DNA of 64,000 nt from contig JAQGDQ010000162.1 in NCBI GenBank assembly GCA_030141605.1, forward strand, positions 1 through 64,000. The letters run 5' to 3'. The position numbers were made by a program, and so were the translations under genes. Positions within the stretch are counted from its first letter, which is position 1. Every line of letters starts with the position of its first letter. This DNA comes from Tubiluchus corallicola (taxonomy: Eukaryota > Animalia > Priapulida). Positions 29,947 through 44,826 of this stretch are shown here, in pieces. The notes under the pieces were generated by a model. The model saw only the letters and a program-made list of their open reading frames with translations. It was not told the DNA's origin and did not search any database.

Positions 29947-31559
29947 CATTCTCAGATTTTTACGAGCAAAAATGATTCTTGACGATAGTTTTGCCATTTT
30001 GTGAGTCGCCTGTAAAAATGACTGCTAGTTGTCTTTGTTTTTTGTTCTGCTGAAATATTGTTTCTTGTGTTTCATAAGTTGTGGAATACGCCTGCCAGCC
30101 TGCTAGGTTGCCCACAGTAAACTTACAGTGGAAGACTCTAAGAGTATAGAAAAGATGCATTCTGCAGCTCTATTAATTATTAATGGTAACTTAACCTATG
30201 AAGACGCCCTTAGCTACCACAAACTAAAAACTCTAGTTGAGAAAGTTGTAAAAAACTATTTTCTGATTTGCAAAAAGATTCTTATAGTCTAAACTATCTA
30301 CTTCCCCTCCACAGACTAAGCGTCACAGCACTAGAAACACCACCAAGTTTAAATTAGCTCTAATCAAAACTGTACGATATAAAAAATTCTATTCCCTACT
30401 GCTTAAGTGTCAATGATTATTCATTTATACTTTGCTAATCACTGCATTCACTGAAATTACCCTAATTTTGTTCAGGTCTTTGCTCAAATTCTGCTTAGTA
30501 AACTTAAACTGCGTGTTCGCAATTTTATATGTGTGCGGTTCCAATTTTAGAAGCTTTTTATTAACTGTATGTTTAGAGTAATTTTTATCAACCTTGCTGT
30601 AAAGTTTGCCTGAACTTACCCAGCATCTAAGTCACGGGTGTCAATGTTAATAAATATTAGCAAAATTGTCTGGCAACACAGCAAGTAACACGGGTTGTGG
30701 TGCACCACTGCACTTAATTAGCTGCCCTAATACAACGCGGCAGATTAAAGCACTATTCTGTGATTCAAGCAACACTTCTGACTTATGAAGACGCTAAATT
30801 TTGAAAATTCCACGCATTTAATGTCGACAAGTTAATTAGCAACATGACAATCCCCTGACAATTTGACAAAAGAAAGTTATTGAGTTTTAAAACGTTTTTA
30901 TCCAACCACATTTTAAATATGTTATGAATCATGAGTAAAATTTTGATTGAAAGGTCTATAGCAGTCTTTTTTCTCGGGTAATTTATTTGCACATTAGGAC
31001 AAAAAATCATAAAGGTTTTCCTAAATTTTCTTTTCCAAGTTTAGAGCTTATAGTTTGGTTGTGTTACTTTGGAATTTCAACATCACCAATCAGTCAATTT
31101 TGTGAGACTTTCGGGTTTTCTGTGACTATAAGTCAGTGAATTTATATGAACAAATTACTGAGTGCAGTAATAAATCGTCAGCGAGACAATTTATTAATAA
31201 GTGAATAATTTTCTATATATATAAACATTTTTCTGTGACGATAGTGAATAAAAATTTTATTTATTTTAATGCTGACGATGAGTAAAATGAATTTATTAAA
31301 TACGTTAGATATTGTTATCGGCTCTGTTCTCACTGTATTCCTGGATGTTTTCTTTCTCTGTGAGTAGACCACTTCCAATAGATAAGTGAACTTACTTTGG
31401 AAATCGCTTATCTGTCTCAAATGTAAAGAAACTATTATTGTTATTATTTTGCTGTAATTGAAAAGTGCTGCAGAAGTGTCATTTGAATGAAGGGGCTGCA
31501 ACAAACTTTTATGTAAGGTTGATCAACATTTCAGGTGTTATTAGCCAACAGTTATTTAT

Positions 31560-31745
31560 CTCTGCTTATTTCTAGTTTTCTGTTGATAACAAAATAATAC
31601 CACATCTGTATCCGAAATTGTTGTTTCGTTAAATTAATGATTTTCAAGTAAGTTAAAACTTGGTTGTACAATACTTTATCAAGTATTTTAGGGAAGCCTT
31701 GGACAAAAGAATCGGAATGAGGCCTGTAATTTGTTGTTTCATCCA
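31560..31745 (-). mobile_element. Non-LTR retrotransposon RT N-terminal fragment
   Basis: NYRPHS..FPKILDKVLYNQVLTYLK..QQFR resembles the NYRPISL..SKILEK..QYGFR motif. Confidence 0.55.
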
Positions 31746-31916
31746 TAGGGCTGCTGAATTTTAAATAGCTATAATCTATTCTCTACGTTAGCTACAAAAA
31801 TTATAGACAAAATTGACTTATTATAAGTACATTTTTCACGTTTGAGGAGTTATAGCGCTCCCCCAGACCCCCTAGCTAGTTGCACGGGTTGTCCCAGGAC
31901 CCACTGCATGCCACTG

Positions 31917-32172
31917 ATTATATGTATAAACAACGTCTGCTTATAGTATGTCAACTTGTTCTTACCATTGTCTACAATTATTCATAAAGTCTTACAATGT
32001 GTGGCTTGTTTTTAATTTTAATTTTTTTTATTTTACAACTGTTTTGTCCAAAGGTTGTAAAATAAATATGTTTAAACTAAAAACAAGTCACACAAATGAC
32101 ATTACGAATCATTGTAGACAATGGTAAGAACAAGTTGACACACTATAAGCAGATTTTGTTTGTACACATAAT
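31917..32172. mobile_element. Foldback MITE-like inverted repeat (about 255 bp)
   Basis: TCTGCTTATAGTATGTCAACTTGTTCTTACCATTGTCTACAAT ... ATTGTAGACAATGGTAAGAACAAGTTGACACACTATAAGCAGA; the arms pair over most of the length. Confidence 0.8.
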
Positions 32173-32199
32173 ACAAGAAAAATAATGCCACAGAATGCA

Positions 32200-32209
32200 A
32201 GAGAGAGAA

Positions 32210-32293
<84 letters not shown>
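32200..32293. repeat. (GA)n microsatellite
   Basis: Visible repeat. Confidence 0.95.
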
Positions 32294-32296
<3 letters not shown>

Positions 32297-32297
32297 A

Positions 32298-32926
32298 TAT
32301 GAGTCATCACATGTTGTCTGTATGGCTTAACTGTAACCCACAACTGCCCCATTCAACCATGCCGGACAGCTCAATTGCTTCTACTCTGCTACAAGAGCGC
32401 ATATGATTTATTAGACACTCTTTACTACTGTACAAGCGTCCACACACATCGCACGGAAATTTTCCAGTATGCAGCGGAATATGTTTCAACAGATACTTTT
32501 CCTTCGCAAACTTTTTCGGGCAGACATCACAGGTGAATCAAAATATCTTCTCGAGATTTTTTTGCTAAGCAAACGTGTGTTTGTAATGAGTACTTGCACG
32601 AGTACGACTTACCGCACAAGTCGCACTTGAAAATGCCTGCATGTTTCTGTGCATGTATCCTCAACAGTTTCCATGTTTTGAATCTTTGTGACAATGTGAC
32701 ACACTCATTACTACATTCGTGCTCCTCAAGTGCGGTTTTTGAGCGGAAACTCTGCCGGCAAGACTCGCAGTGATGGCCGTTGCGATGCACGTGTAAATGT
32801 TTGTGAAGTCGCGAAAAACTGGTAAATTTCGTCCCGCAGATACCGCACGTCAAACTAGTCTTGCTATAGGCAAGGGTGAAGATCTAGACTTTCTTTCCTT
32901 GCGTAAACCTTACCGCACTCGGAACA
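32298..32926 (-). pseudogene. Inverted, frameshifted duplicate of part of the PRDM zinc-finger exon (source about 60199-60876)
   Basis: The reverse complement matches the source exon closely (CGICG.KFT.FSRLHKHLHVHR.GHHCESCRQSFRSK..; CDVCGR.YSSKECLINHMRSCSRVEAIELSGMVE). It carries a 40-bp deletion, a 10-bp deletion and single-base indels. Confidence 0.92.
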
Positions 32927-35475
32927 CTTAAAAGTTAACTGCTCTTGGCAAGGCAGATAGTCGGTTGATTATTTAATTAATTCATAATTATTTATTACTG
33001 TGAATTAGCTGTAAATGGAGAACAAAAATAGTCTAATTAGGCGTAATTAAATAGTCGCTATGGAGGCTAAAAAGTAAAATTATCTGATTTTGAAAATGAA
33101 CAGTTGTTTACATACTTTGGTTTGCAATAGAGTGTACATAAAAAACAAGCAACGAAAAACAAAGCAAAACATACCTAACAACTAAACTAAAATGGCGTTT
33201 GTGCAACTTGTAGATATGGATGTGTTTGAGGGGCGGGGTGCGGAATAAATGAAAACGGTTTGTATTGTTTTCAATGCACCAGATTAATGCTGCTGCGGAT
33301 GCGTTATTCTTTTTCTGCAGCTGTTTCCTGTTGTTTTTCCCCGTAGGCTGTTCCGCAACTAGAAAGCGGATCCACAAGTTGCATAAACCTCACTTAAAAG
33401 TGAAAAATAAAAACGGATGACCACTTGACAATATCGCTACGTATCTAGGAGTAGGACACATATTATCAGACAGTGCAAAAAAGTACGATGATATTCCTAA
33501 TCGTGTTACGCTCTGGAGTACTTAAAAAAACAACAAAAAACACGTTTTCTTGCACAATTTTTTTGGGTAGGCCGAATTGTTCCATTATATTGACCTTACT
33601 AAAAATAAAATAACTCAATAAAATACCATGCAATCGAAAAATCTTCCTTAACAATAGGCGAACGAGAACACTTCGCTGCAGTTTCAAAAGTGAACTTCAA
33701 AATAGATAGGCGTTTGTTAACTTCAGTTGCCGATAAATGGCAGATCATAATTAACTCAAGTTTTCATAATAATTACGTTAAAATTTAGCCGTGATGAAAA
33801 GCAGTTACGATTCTAGTTGCGAGCCAAGTTGTTACCTGACAACATCTGCGTTGATTTTTTAGTTTTTTTTTCACGTTCACGATAGGTGTAATTCTATCAC
33901 AGTCTGTTACGGTGATACCATATAAAATTTTTAAATAGTACATAATCTTAGAAAAATTAAGTCCAATGACTGTAAAGTCTTTAATAAAGGCTTTCTATTC
34001 ATCCAGTACATTCAATTCGCCAGCATTGTTTTCTGTAGGTCAGTGTAGTCAACAGCTAAATAATCAGATATTCCCAAAGTAAGAAGGATAAGCATTCAGA
34101 GACGCATTACGCGAGTGATATACCTGCTAACAGATGGCGCAACATGTTTATAACATAGCATCTAAAATATGTCAAAACGTTCACTGATGTCTATCTTAAT
34201 TAGTACACGCTGGTCGCTGGCGTACCGTAACGTCGTTGTAACGTTGTACATGTTTGTATATGTTATCATCAGTATCACGTGTAGCAAACATGTTTCAATT
34301 TAACCTCAATAACGTAGGCCTATCAAAACCTATACTCATATGTCCTATCATAATCATGTTTATGCCCGATCTGAGCGACCAAGCTAGAAACATGATTTCC
34401 ATTTAAAATAGCAATACTGAGGGCTTAACTGTTAGAATTTTATTAGTTTTTCGATTATGTTGGATTGTAGATTATAATACATGTAGTACCAAATTGATGT
34501 GGTTATTATAAGGCTCAATGCAAGCCAGATGAGAAATGTAGGCCCCGTGTCAAGCTACTTGTTAAGTATTTTCGTAATGCTTTCGAGCATGCATACATGT
34601 ATTGCAGTGTATTAACATTATTACATTTTGTAATATGCTAATAGGTAACAGAGCAGAACAAAAATGTAGAATTAAGGGCAACCCATATTTACGATCGAAA
34701 GACGTAATTAAAATAACTTATAAGCATCATTACTGACTACACCCATGCTGTTTAAAATTACCAAAAAAACACTTAGTCTAATAATTCCATTGCAAAAACT
34801 TATAGTTTCAAAGTTGAAATCCACAAAAACAAAATGATCACGAACTACAAATTGATGACTACAAAACTGGATAATCTTAATGAAAGAAATTAGCATTGTT
34901 TTAGTTTTTGATAATAAAAAACATATCCTTAAAAACAAGCGTGCATAGTCTAATATTACGAATCCGGCGCTAGATATTATAATTAAGTGCACTAAATAAT
35001 AAGAGAACACCCACTACTCTATGCATTCTTCACGTGTTTATTTTTTGTCCTAAAGGGGAAACGATAACAAAAAGAGTCTTCCAGATGGATACGACTTATT
35101 TAGTTCAATTACATACATATGGGCCAAATTCAGTCTTTTCCATAACTATTGCGAAATCAGAATTCGAACTGCGTCATAACTCTAAGCTGTGCCAGTTTGC
35201 TTACTTAGTACGAGATAACGTGGGCTGCCAGGCCTAGGTGCACCATGACTCCATGAGCCATGAGCTGCTACGTTTCGGATTCGGAAATCTAATGTATTGC
35301 ATTTGTAATACAATGAAACTTTTCTTTGTAGCAACATGAATCAGAATAATGAAATGAACATTTTGGATTCACAGAAAATAATATTAGCTGTCATTCTGAA
35401 AATATTATGGAACTATATTTTGTAAGCGGACTAATAAGAACTATAATAGGGTCACCGCGGTCACGGTGCAACCAT

Positions 35476-35659
35476 CTTTCTTCGCGTTTAAATTTTTATA
35501 CGTGTATGTGTATATGTATATATATACCTGTACATGTATATACTCAACACAGCACGTGGACACAATTAATCGTGATAAAATAAAATACAAAAAAATTTAA
35601 AAACCATAAAAATCTATAAAAAGTATAAAATAGTTGGTGAAGTAGCAAAGAACGAAAAG
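35476..35659 (+). promoter_or_regulatory. PABPC1: Putative non-coding first exon of PABP with 5'TOP-like start (CTTTCTTC) and A-rich autoregulatory tract (35575-35631)
   Basis: Donor AAG/gtgagt at 35660; acceptor ttttgcag at 35898, 9 nt before the ATG; short A runs spaced by pyrimidines; the TSS position is inferred. Confidence 0.65.
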
Positions 35660-35901
35660 GTGAGTGCATGAATGAAATTTCACACATTGTGTTACATCAT
35701 TTCATCTGTTACTGATTGTTCTTAGAATTTTAAAGGAATAGTTGTATATTTAAATTACAAACTTAGTGTATTTGAATTTTGTTATGAGCTCGTACCGTGA
35801 CAGTTTATATTAGCTACAGAATTTGTAGGCTGTTAGTTTACACAATTGAAGCTTGTTGCTTAATGCCAAAATTAATTTTGTATGTTTGCATTTTGCAGTA
35901 A

Positions 35902-36150
<249 letters not shown>

Positions 36151-37887
36151 TGATCATGCAAAGGTAATTATTATTATTATTGTTAAGTTGCATTCTTCTG
36201 TTGATTCATTAGTTTTCAAAAATCTTCTGAAGGTTAACTCCAGTCAAATTTGATAAATACATGATTTATCAGTACTATTTATAGCCATCTAAGATAGCTA
36301 ATCCTAGTACGAATCCTAGAAATTACGCATATATTGGCACTTTTTTACCAAGTTTCCAAACTCCCTGAACATTCTCGTCAAGGTGAAAAAATTATATCTG
36401 GCTGTCATTCTAAAAATATTGTGGCACTATGTTTTTATAAGCATGTGAACGATAGCCTTCTCTGTTGTTCTTTAAAAGCGAAAGGTTTGTATTCTACCTA
36501 TTAGACTAGAAATGTGTGCCTGTGTTTGTTTTGTAAACTAAACTAAGTTGTATTAACATGTTCAAAACACATGTAGATCATACAGCATGAGTTCAACAGT
36601 CATGCTTTGCAGTTTAAAGAAAAAAATGTTAATTTCACTTGACAAAAACAATGGCAATAACGATTTAAGTGCTGTGCTTGTGTGAAGTTAACCAAACCCA
36701 AATTCCATTTTGGGCCTTTTCGACCCTAATTCACCTTCTCACATTTTGCTAAAAATGTTCTGAAATGTTCTTTTGTGAGTATAGCTTATAAGGTTCTACC
36801 AACACTAAATAAGTTCCTTGGATGAGTGATTTTTACACTTAACATAAGTTCGCCAGTGGGTTGAAATCTACCAGACAAATCAGGCACGTCCATCTTAGAA
36901 ATATTGGAATTGAAGCGAAAATTATTTGCTTAAATACGCTACTAGGATTTTAAGTGTATTAGAAGTAAGTTAAGTTAGGTTTATTTTACTCTTGTACGCT
37001 TTGCAATGGTTACAATCGGGGTCGGATCTAAGCACTAAACATGTGCTTAGGGCACCAAGACTCAAGGGGCCCGCCAAGCTGGGAAAAAAATAAATTGAAA
37101 ACAAAATTTTAACAAAGTATGACAAAGACCATAACATTCTTTCAAAGTTCAAATAGTGAGGTAGAGGGCTAGGGCTACAGGAGACTGGGTGCGACTACTC
37201 TCTTTTGAGGATATAAAGGACTTTGCTTTCCAAAAATCTAGAAAGAAACCCCGTGAAGACCTTGTAAGAATCATGAAATGAATGCTGTTAATAACAAATT
37301 TTTGTGAACACACAACTACTGTCTGCTCTGTACAGGCTACTTTTCAAAAAACTGAGGTAACACCTGGTGCATATGCATCTGCATGTCGTAGTAACTTACT
37401 AGATTGTTAGTAAGTATGACTACAACTTACTAAAAATCCAAGACTAGTTCATTTTTGTGACATTGCTGTATATATATATATATTAACTATTAAGTCTAGA
37501 TGAATTTTGCAGAGCTCATTACGAAGCTGAGTTTGTATATACACTATAGGTTATAGGTTGGTAGCGAACAAAAGCAGATCAGATGTCTCATTAGATTTTA
37601 TTTGAAATGAAATTTTGCATTTGGTTTGATTAAGTTCGAAGTCAAAAACCTAGAATGGCGGCTTAAAAAGGCCGCCTTTGTTCCATTTGGTTTGCCACTG
37701 CTATCCTATTGGTTGCATTATCGCAATTGTTTAGTGTAGAGCATCCATTCATTACAAAGTAAACTAAATTACTACATTGTAAACTAAACTAAATTACTAC
37801 ATGTGTGAGCCTCTGATTGATTTTTGAGTGATTTTTTTATGTTCAAAGTTAATCATAGTTTTGTTCAATTTTTTAAACATGCGTTGA

Positions 37888-38130
<243 letters not shown>

Positions 38131-38147
38131 TAATTATTTGACTTTAA

Positions 38148-40013
38148 TGGCGCGTTCAGACTAAAGAATTTTCCCTCACACATTCTTGCGTAAGTTCTTT
38201 CTGAGAGTAAACTCTCTTATTGAAAAAATACCTCATGTTGCAGGCAGTACTTAACATTTTACATTAAATGCACATAATTTTCAAAGCACATTATCATAAT
38301 ACTTATTACATACATGAGTTCAAAGCAGCTCTAGTTAATATACAAATATATAAGATATAATATTTCTTACATGTGAGCTGACCGATAGACAGTTGTGAAA
38401 GATCACACAAAACCAAATTAAGTATTTTACATTAGTAATATTTAAAAAAACTTTTAATCTACGAGTTAATTTGACAAAAACCTGTGTATTTACAATATTT
38501 CGTTCAACTTTTCCAAACAAGTCGCAGATTTCCCTATCTCGTACAGTAAAGATTGTTTTCAAATTCATAGCTGACAATTTTCGTATGACATTACTTCTAT
38601 GTATTTCCTTTACTAATGTACATTGAAAAATTAGATGTTCTGGTGTTTCAACAGATAAATTATTGCTATTACAACAATCAGTATTGCTTTCACCAACTAT
38701 ATACAGAAAAGAGCGTGTGCCACTTTTTAACAACAAATTAAGTGCCGTCATTTCTACATTACGTACATGATTATTTAGCCCTAAGTTTAGAGGTGACAAT
38801 TCTGGTGGAATGACATCTGCAGATATGCCATCAATTTGATTTGAGTATTGAATCTTTTTCTTCCACATCGTTTTCACAAACTTTTTTATTTCTGATTTGT
38901 TGTAAGTAAAATATTCAAAAGAAAAATCACTTAAGGCTTCATGTCTCAAATTACTGTTCTTACAAATGTTTACAAAATATTTTATTGTAGCTAAGTGCAA
39001 CTTCATAAGATGCAGGTTATTACGGTAGTTTTGTGGCATCTCCTCACAAATACTTATTTCATTTTTAAGTAGGTCTTCTCCTGAGCAACTCATAGTTTTC
39101 ATGAGAAACTTGGTGACAATACTATCGTAGACTATATGAGGTGGCGAAAATCTACAAATACCCTCCATATCTGTTTTACGTGGATTATACTCTACACCTG
39201 TGGCAGATCTCATGACGCCATACCACAGGTCATCAAAATAACTGTTTTTGAATCGTCCAGCAGACTGAGCCATAAAACATATTTTGCATTACAATAGTTT
39301 GAAATAACCTCAATATCATAGCCATTTTCATGCCCTTATTTTTGAAAACATTTTTTTTATTTTATACTACTTGCCCCATGAATTTTGCCTAACTCTAGAT
39401 ATAAGTATCTTTGTATTATCCTCATAATCTATTTCTTCTTGACCAAACTTTAACTTAGGTAAATTGGCATCACCTTGAACGAAAACAATAGCCTCAATTT
39501 TGTTGGTTGTACAATTTAAAATTTGTTTCCAAAGCAAAAACCAGGAATGCAATTGGTCACAGCACTGCTGTGCCGCTTCATAGCATATTTCTAATGATCT
39601 CGCACATATGTATACGGCATACTTAAATTTAGATGGTACTATCATTTGCATCAATTTCTGCAAACATATCGAAAACTTACAAGATAAACAATAAAGGTGA
39701 CGCTATAGATCCCTGTGGGACTCCAACATAGCATAAAAATTCTTCAGATACATAGTCGTTTGATTTGAGAACAATTTGATGGTTACTCAGAAAATAGCAA
39801 ATTAATTCTCCGGAAGCTGACGTTTATTAATCCATTTTTAAGTAATCCATTAAACTCACAAGTGTGAATGGCTTTGCAAGTTATTGCAAACTCGACGAGA
39901 ATTGCTGAGAATTCTTGCGCAATCACTCGCCAAAGAATTTGCAAAGCCATTCACACTTGTAAATTTGCTTTCAGAGAGAACTTACAAAAGAAGTCTTTAG
40001 TCAAAATGTGCCA
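38148..40013. mobile_element. PIF/Harbinger-like foldback MITE (TAA target duplication) split by a LINE insertion
   Basis: TAA-TGGCGCGTTCAGACTAAAGA...TCTTTAGTCAAAATGTGCCA-TAA; the left arm resumes at 39858 (ACAAGTGTGAATGGCTTTGCAA), matching the right arm TTGCAAAGCCATTCACACTTGT. Confidence 0.75.
38215..39850 (-). mobile_element. 5'-truncated non-LTR retrotransposon (degenerate RT plus C-terminal zinc-binding motif)
   Basis: Minus strand GVPQGSIASPLLF near 39690-39728; ORF 38335-39273 contains CCNSNNLSVETPEHLIFQC; flanked by direct repeat TAAACTC (38208-38214 and 39851-39857). Confidence 0.8.
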
Positions 40014-41589
40014 TAAAGAAAAACAAGGCAGCTTTTTGCTTCATTTTGAACTTGTGTGAAGTTTTTATTATCTGTAATAATTGCCAAACTGGTTATGTTA
40101 TGTAAGTATTAACTGGAAAACTTCAAATCCATCCATAAGTGCAGCTAAAAATGATCTAACCATTGGGTGACTCAGCATAAAACAGAAAACCACATTTTTT
40201 ATTTATTAAATTGATCAAGTGCTGTATACTAAAGCAGCATTTATAACTGGATTTTGTAGTTAATGATATAACTCTGCTATACAAGAGTACATCGCCTGTT
40301 TTTTGTGCATTGCATATGTGAAAAATGGGCAGCGCTGCCCATGTACTCACAAAAGTTAGGCTTCCGGTATGATACCTCATTGTTAATTGCACAAGCTCAA
40401 CACTTAGAATTGGATTTTCCTTTTTTATTTTGTTAACTAGTAATTGAATAGGTTGTTTTGAACTATGGTTTAAAATTTGTTAATAGTTCCCTTTAAGATT
40501 TTTTTATACTGCACAAGTCACATGCAGTGTACGTTAAACAACTGTTGCATATTTTATTATAAGACATCTGCTGTTGTGTTATGTTATTCTTGTCTGTGAG
40601 GGCCGTACTGAAAGTCATTAATGTGAAAAGTGTTTTGCTTAAGTAACCAGAAGCTCTTAATCTACTTGCTGTACATTGTCCACTTGTTTTTAACGTATTA
40701 AATGTAGGTCAAATAGTTGTTGTGATATGTAGGGCACGGTTACAGAGAGCAAGCAATTTTGCTATAAAGTTATTCACGTACTTGGATTGTTAATTTGCGG
40801 GACTGTTGCAACAGCATTATAGGCCCCGGGCAAAGCTGTGCACTGGGACCCCTACCTACAGAATCGCTCACAGGAATAAAAATGTAAATGGTCAATAAAA
40901 TTAAACATACATTTATTATATTTTGTTGTATTACTTCCAACAAAATCAGTGTTTAAACATTAAAAAACATGCTGTACAGCAAAGATTAATCAATACAAAT
41001 GTTTTAACAATGCAACATCAGCTTTGAAAAACACAAAAATTTCAGCATATAGATGATACTCTATTGGTAAATCATACAGACGGAGATTGCACAGTATAAA
41101 ATTACTATGAATTATTTATCGCTTTATAACATTTGCAGAGAATTGCTTTATAATTGGCTTGAAGTGTCATTTTCCATACACATGATTGAAAGCCAGTTCA
41201 AACGCTGCTGCCTCACTATGCCACGAAGCTGATTTTTTGTGAGTTTCAGTCCTGAAAACAAATGTACATTACGTGATGCGTGTGATCTGTACACGTACAT
41301 GCACTGCAGTCGTAGAGGTGACCGTGATACTAAATTAGAGGCGAATGCCAATGTCCACTTATAACACAACAACAAATATTTATAGTTTAATATAATAGTA
41401 TTTATACATTGAGACCAAGTCACAACATACATAGATTAGCATGGGCCTCTATGCTCGTGGTACGAACTGCCGAACATGCCCATACGCTAAGATGGCTCTG
41501 CTAATTTGTGAGCTACTTATTTAAATTTTACATAGTTCAGCAAGCTACTGAGTCAGGCTGTATTCGTTTAAACTGTTATTCTTGTTTAG

Positions 41590-41706
<117 letters not shown>

Positions 41707-43557
41707 TAAGTTTATTTCTTTGTACACAACAAATTGTTGCGAAAACAAGACATAGTAGTGATGTGTGGTTAATCGATAAAAACTCCTAACTTGAGTTTTT
41801 TTCTTCGAAGATTAGTCTACACAGCGCTTTTTGGTTTAAGTCAACTAATTGACCACAATTTTTAACCTGCTACGTAGCTAAATTTTCATATCGCCTATCC
41901 AAGATTTTAGATTGTTTGTTTGCACTTTAGTATGTCACAAAGCTGCAGACTTCTGATTGCTGATTTCACCTACTTGCCTACCTCTGGCGTACTGTATGTG
42001 TGTAGCATGCCTGCGTACATGTCTCTATGAATACTGTAGAAAGTACTAAATACTTTATAAAAATGGTGAAATCAAATACTAGCTCATTTTTGCAAAATAC
42101 TGAGATTCGTAATTCATTCACATCTGTGAATAATTGCGTTGAGTGAGTTACCCTACATTTCCTGCACCCATTGTGCATGGTGAGCTGCATTCTTCTAGTA
42201 CAGAATAGTTGGTGATAAATGACTTATCATAAGATAATTCCACAGTTATGAAGCTAAAACGTTATTTTTTATTTTAGCTCATATGAAAACCTTGATAACC
42301 CTTAAATTGCAATTGTTCATAACTGACCCAGGATCTAGCAATCCCCTTTTGTAATGCAGTAGGCTTATCTCATTACTTCATTATAATGGTGTAGAAACAA
42401 TCAGTTAGTATCGAGACACAGATTTAAATGCCGAACGTATTAAGATACAATTATTATTTCGATCAAGCAGGTTTGCAGTGCTGGAGAGATAGTCGCTTCA
42501 TAAGCTGAGTCTGTGAGACACGGGTGAAGTGATTTTTACGATTTTAGGATTGTAGTAAGACTTACCACAGCTTGAAACTTTAAATTTACCATTTTTCAGC
42601 AGTTGCAATGTAAAAGCACTCGATAATTTTGCTTTGCCAAAATGTCTACTTGAAAGCGGAAAATTGTTTATTTTTTATGCTAATTGACTTTTGCTCTAAA
42701 AATGTTAATTAAATCGAATATGATATTATCGAGTTGTATTTTTATAATAGTACGTGACTTAGAAAAGCATCTAATCACACCTCATTGCATTACCCACTCA
42801 TAACCTGCATTAGTCTGTTTTAGTTTGTTAATTTCAGTATAATGATTTGAACCTTGGTTTCGTAAGTCCCTCCCCCTCCGCATATGAACTGTCGGCCTTT
42901 CAACTTTATCTGGCTTTAGGAGGAAAAGTGGATATAGTTTCAAACTTTCGTAAACTATACCAGCCCAACAAAATGCTGCAAAAACTTGAAACTTGACCTT
43001 GAGGGAGACCTTCGTTTACACTCTCAAAACATTTGCAAACTTAGTGACACTTCACACGGCTTGCTTACCTTGTAATTGTTTGCTGGTGAGACTGCTTTTG
43101 AGTTTTCTGTCACATAAATGGACCCAAATATTTTGAAAAGCCTCTAAAATAATATTTGTTAAAAGTTTATAATTTGCCTTGATGTAATTTTCGCATTTCT
43201 GATCTTGTAATTTTTGGAAAGGCTTATCGCAGCATATTAATTTTTACGTGAGCTTGTCGAAGTAAAACGGCAAATTTAGCTAATAATGTTTGTAAAAGTC
43301 ATTTCAAATTTTGTCTTGTGTTGGTACATGTAAATGCAATAAAAGAAATGACCTTTTGTGTGATAAAAAAGTGGCAACAGCTATATAGAATAAGATCATT
43401 TTCCTAGTGTCACATCATATTTCCAAGCGTTTATTTTAAATGAATCGTTGCTCACAGTCTGCATTATGCTTGCCTGGATTATTGTGAAGTGTGAGCTCTT
43501 AAATTCTAACGTCAGGATGCTTGAAAAGTTTTAATAAAGCGTATATAACATCTTCAG

Positions 43558-43795
43558 GTATGTAGGACCGTTTGTGCCACGGCACGAGAGACTTCGCGTT
43601 CTCGGTAGTCAAGCGCAGAAGTATACTAACATCTACATCAAGAATTTTGGCGATGACCTCGACGACGAGAAGCTGCGCGAATTATTCACCCCATTTGGCA
43701 ACATCACGAGTGCACGGGTGATGGCTGACGAAGGATCTGGAAAGGCTAAGGGATTTGGTTTTGTTGCTTACGAGACACATGAGGAAGCTGAAGGG
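43558..43795 (+). CDS. PABPC1: PABP coding exon 4 (RRM3)
   Basis: YVGPFVPRHERLRVLGSQAQKYTNIYIKNFGDDLDDEKLRELF..KGFGFVAYETHEEAEG; AG/GT boundaries. Confidence 0.96.
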
Positions 43796-44481
43796 GTAAT
43801 CCTTTTTATTAAGTTTACATTTTCTAGATACACACATAACTGGGGAGGGGCGTCACCATTACTTTCTAGAAAGGTATGCTATATATTTTTATTTTGTCCT
43901 TAAGTAGACGTAGGAGGTTTTTTGTCAAGGATTTGGCAGAGCATTGGAGCAAAGATTGTCACTTATATAGGAGGTTGTTAACCATTAGATCATAAACAAG
44001 CTTTTGTGACTGGGAATCTACAATACCTAAAGTTGCTATTTATTAAATTCATTATTAAGACTATCACCCTACATTATATCACCAGCTAACTAACTCTACT
44101 TTATAATTTCTTAAATTCCACTTGACATTGCAGTTTGCATTTTTGTTGGCAAATTCCTTCTCCCTAATTAATAAGATGGTATCAAAAACTGAGGCTGCTA
44201 CCAGGAATTGCTGCCTTGGCAATTAATCATGTTTTTTGCTTCACTAGCTTCTCGTGTATTTTGAGTACTGTCATTTACCTTTCTGCTCCAGCTGCTATTT
44301 TACCTTTTGCTGAGTCATCACATTATAACTCGTCAGTTGATAGATGCTTGTTTAAGCAGCTGAGTGCAAAAACAACACCTAAAATTTTGCTGAATATTTG
44401 TTTTGTTTTTACACACAAACATTGATTGTGTTGATTATCTGACAAATGTTGCTTTTAATTCGTATTAATGATATAAAATGA

Positions 44482-44826
<345 letters not shown>

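Noticed and set aside
38335-39273. 312-aa antisense ORF as a nested host gene
   Set aside because: It is continuous with degenerate RT motifs and bounded by a target-site duplication, so it is a LINE remnant.
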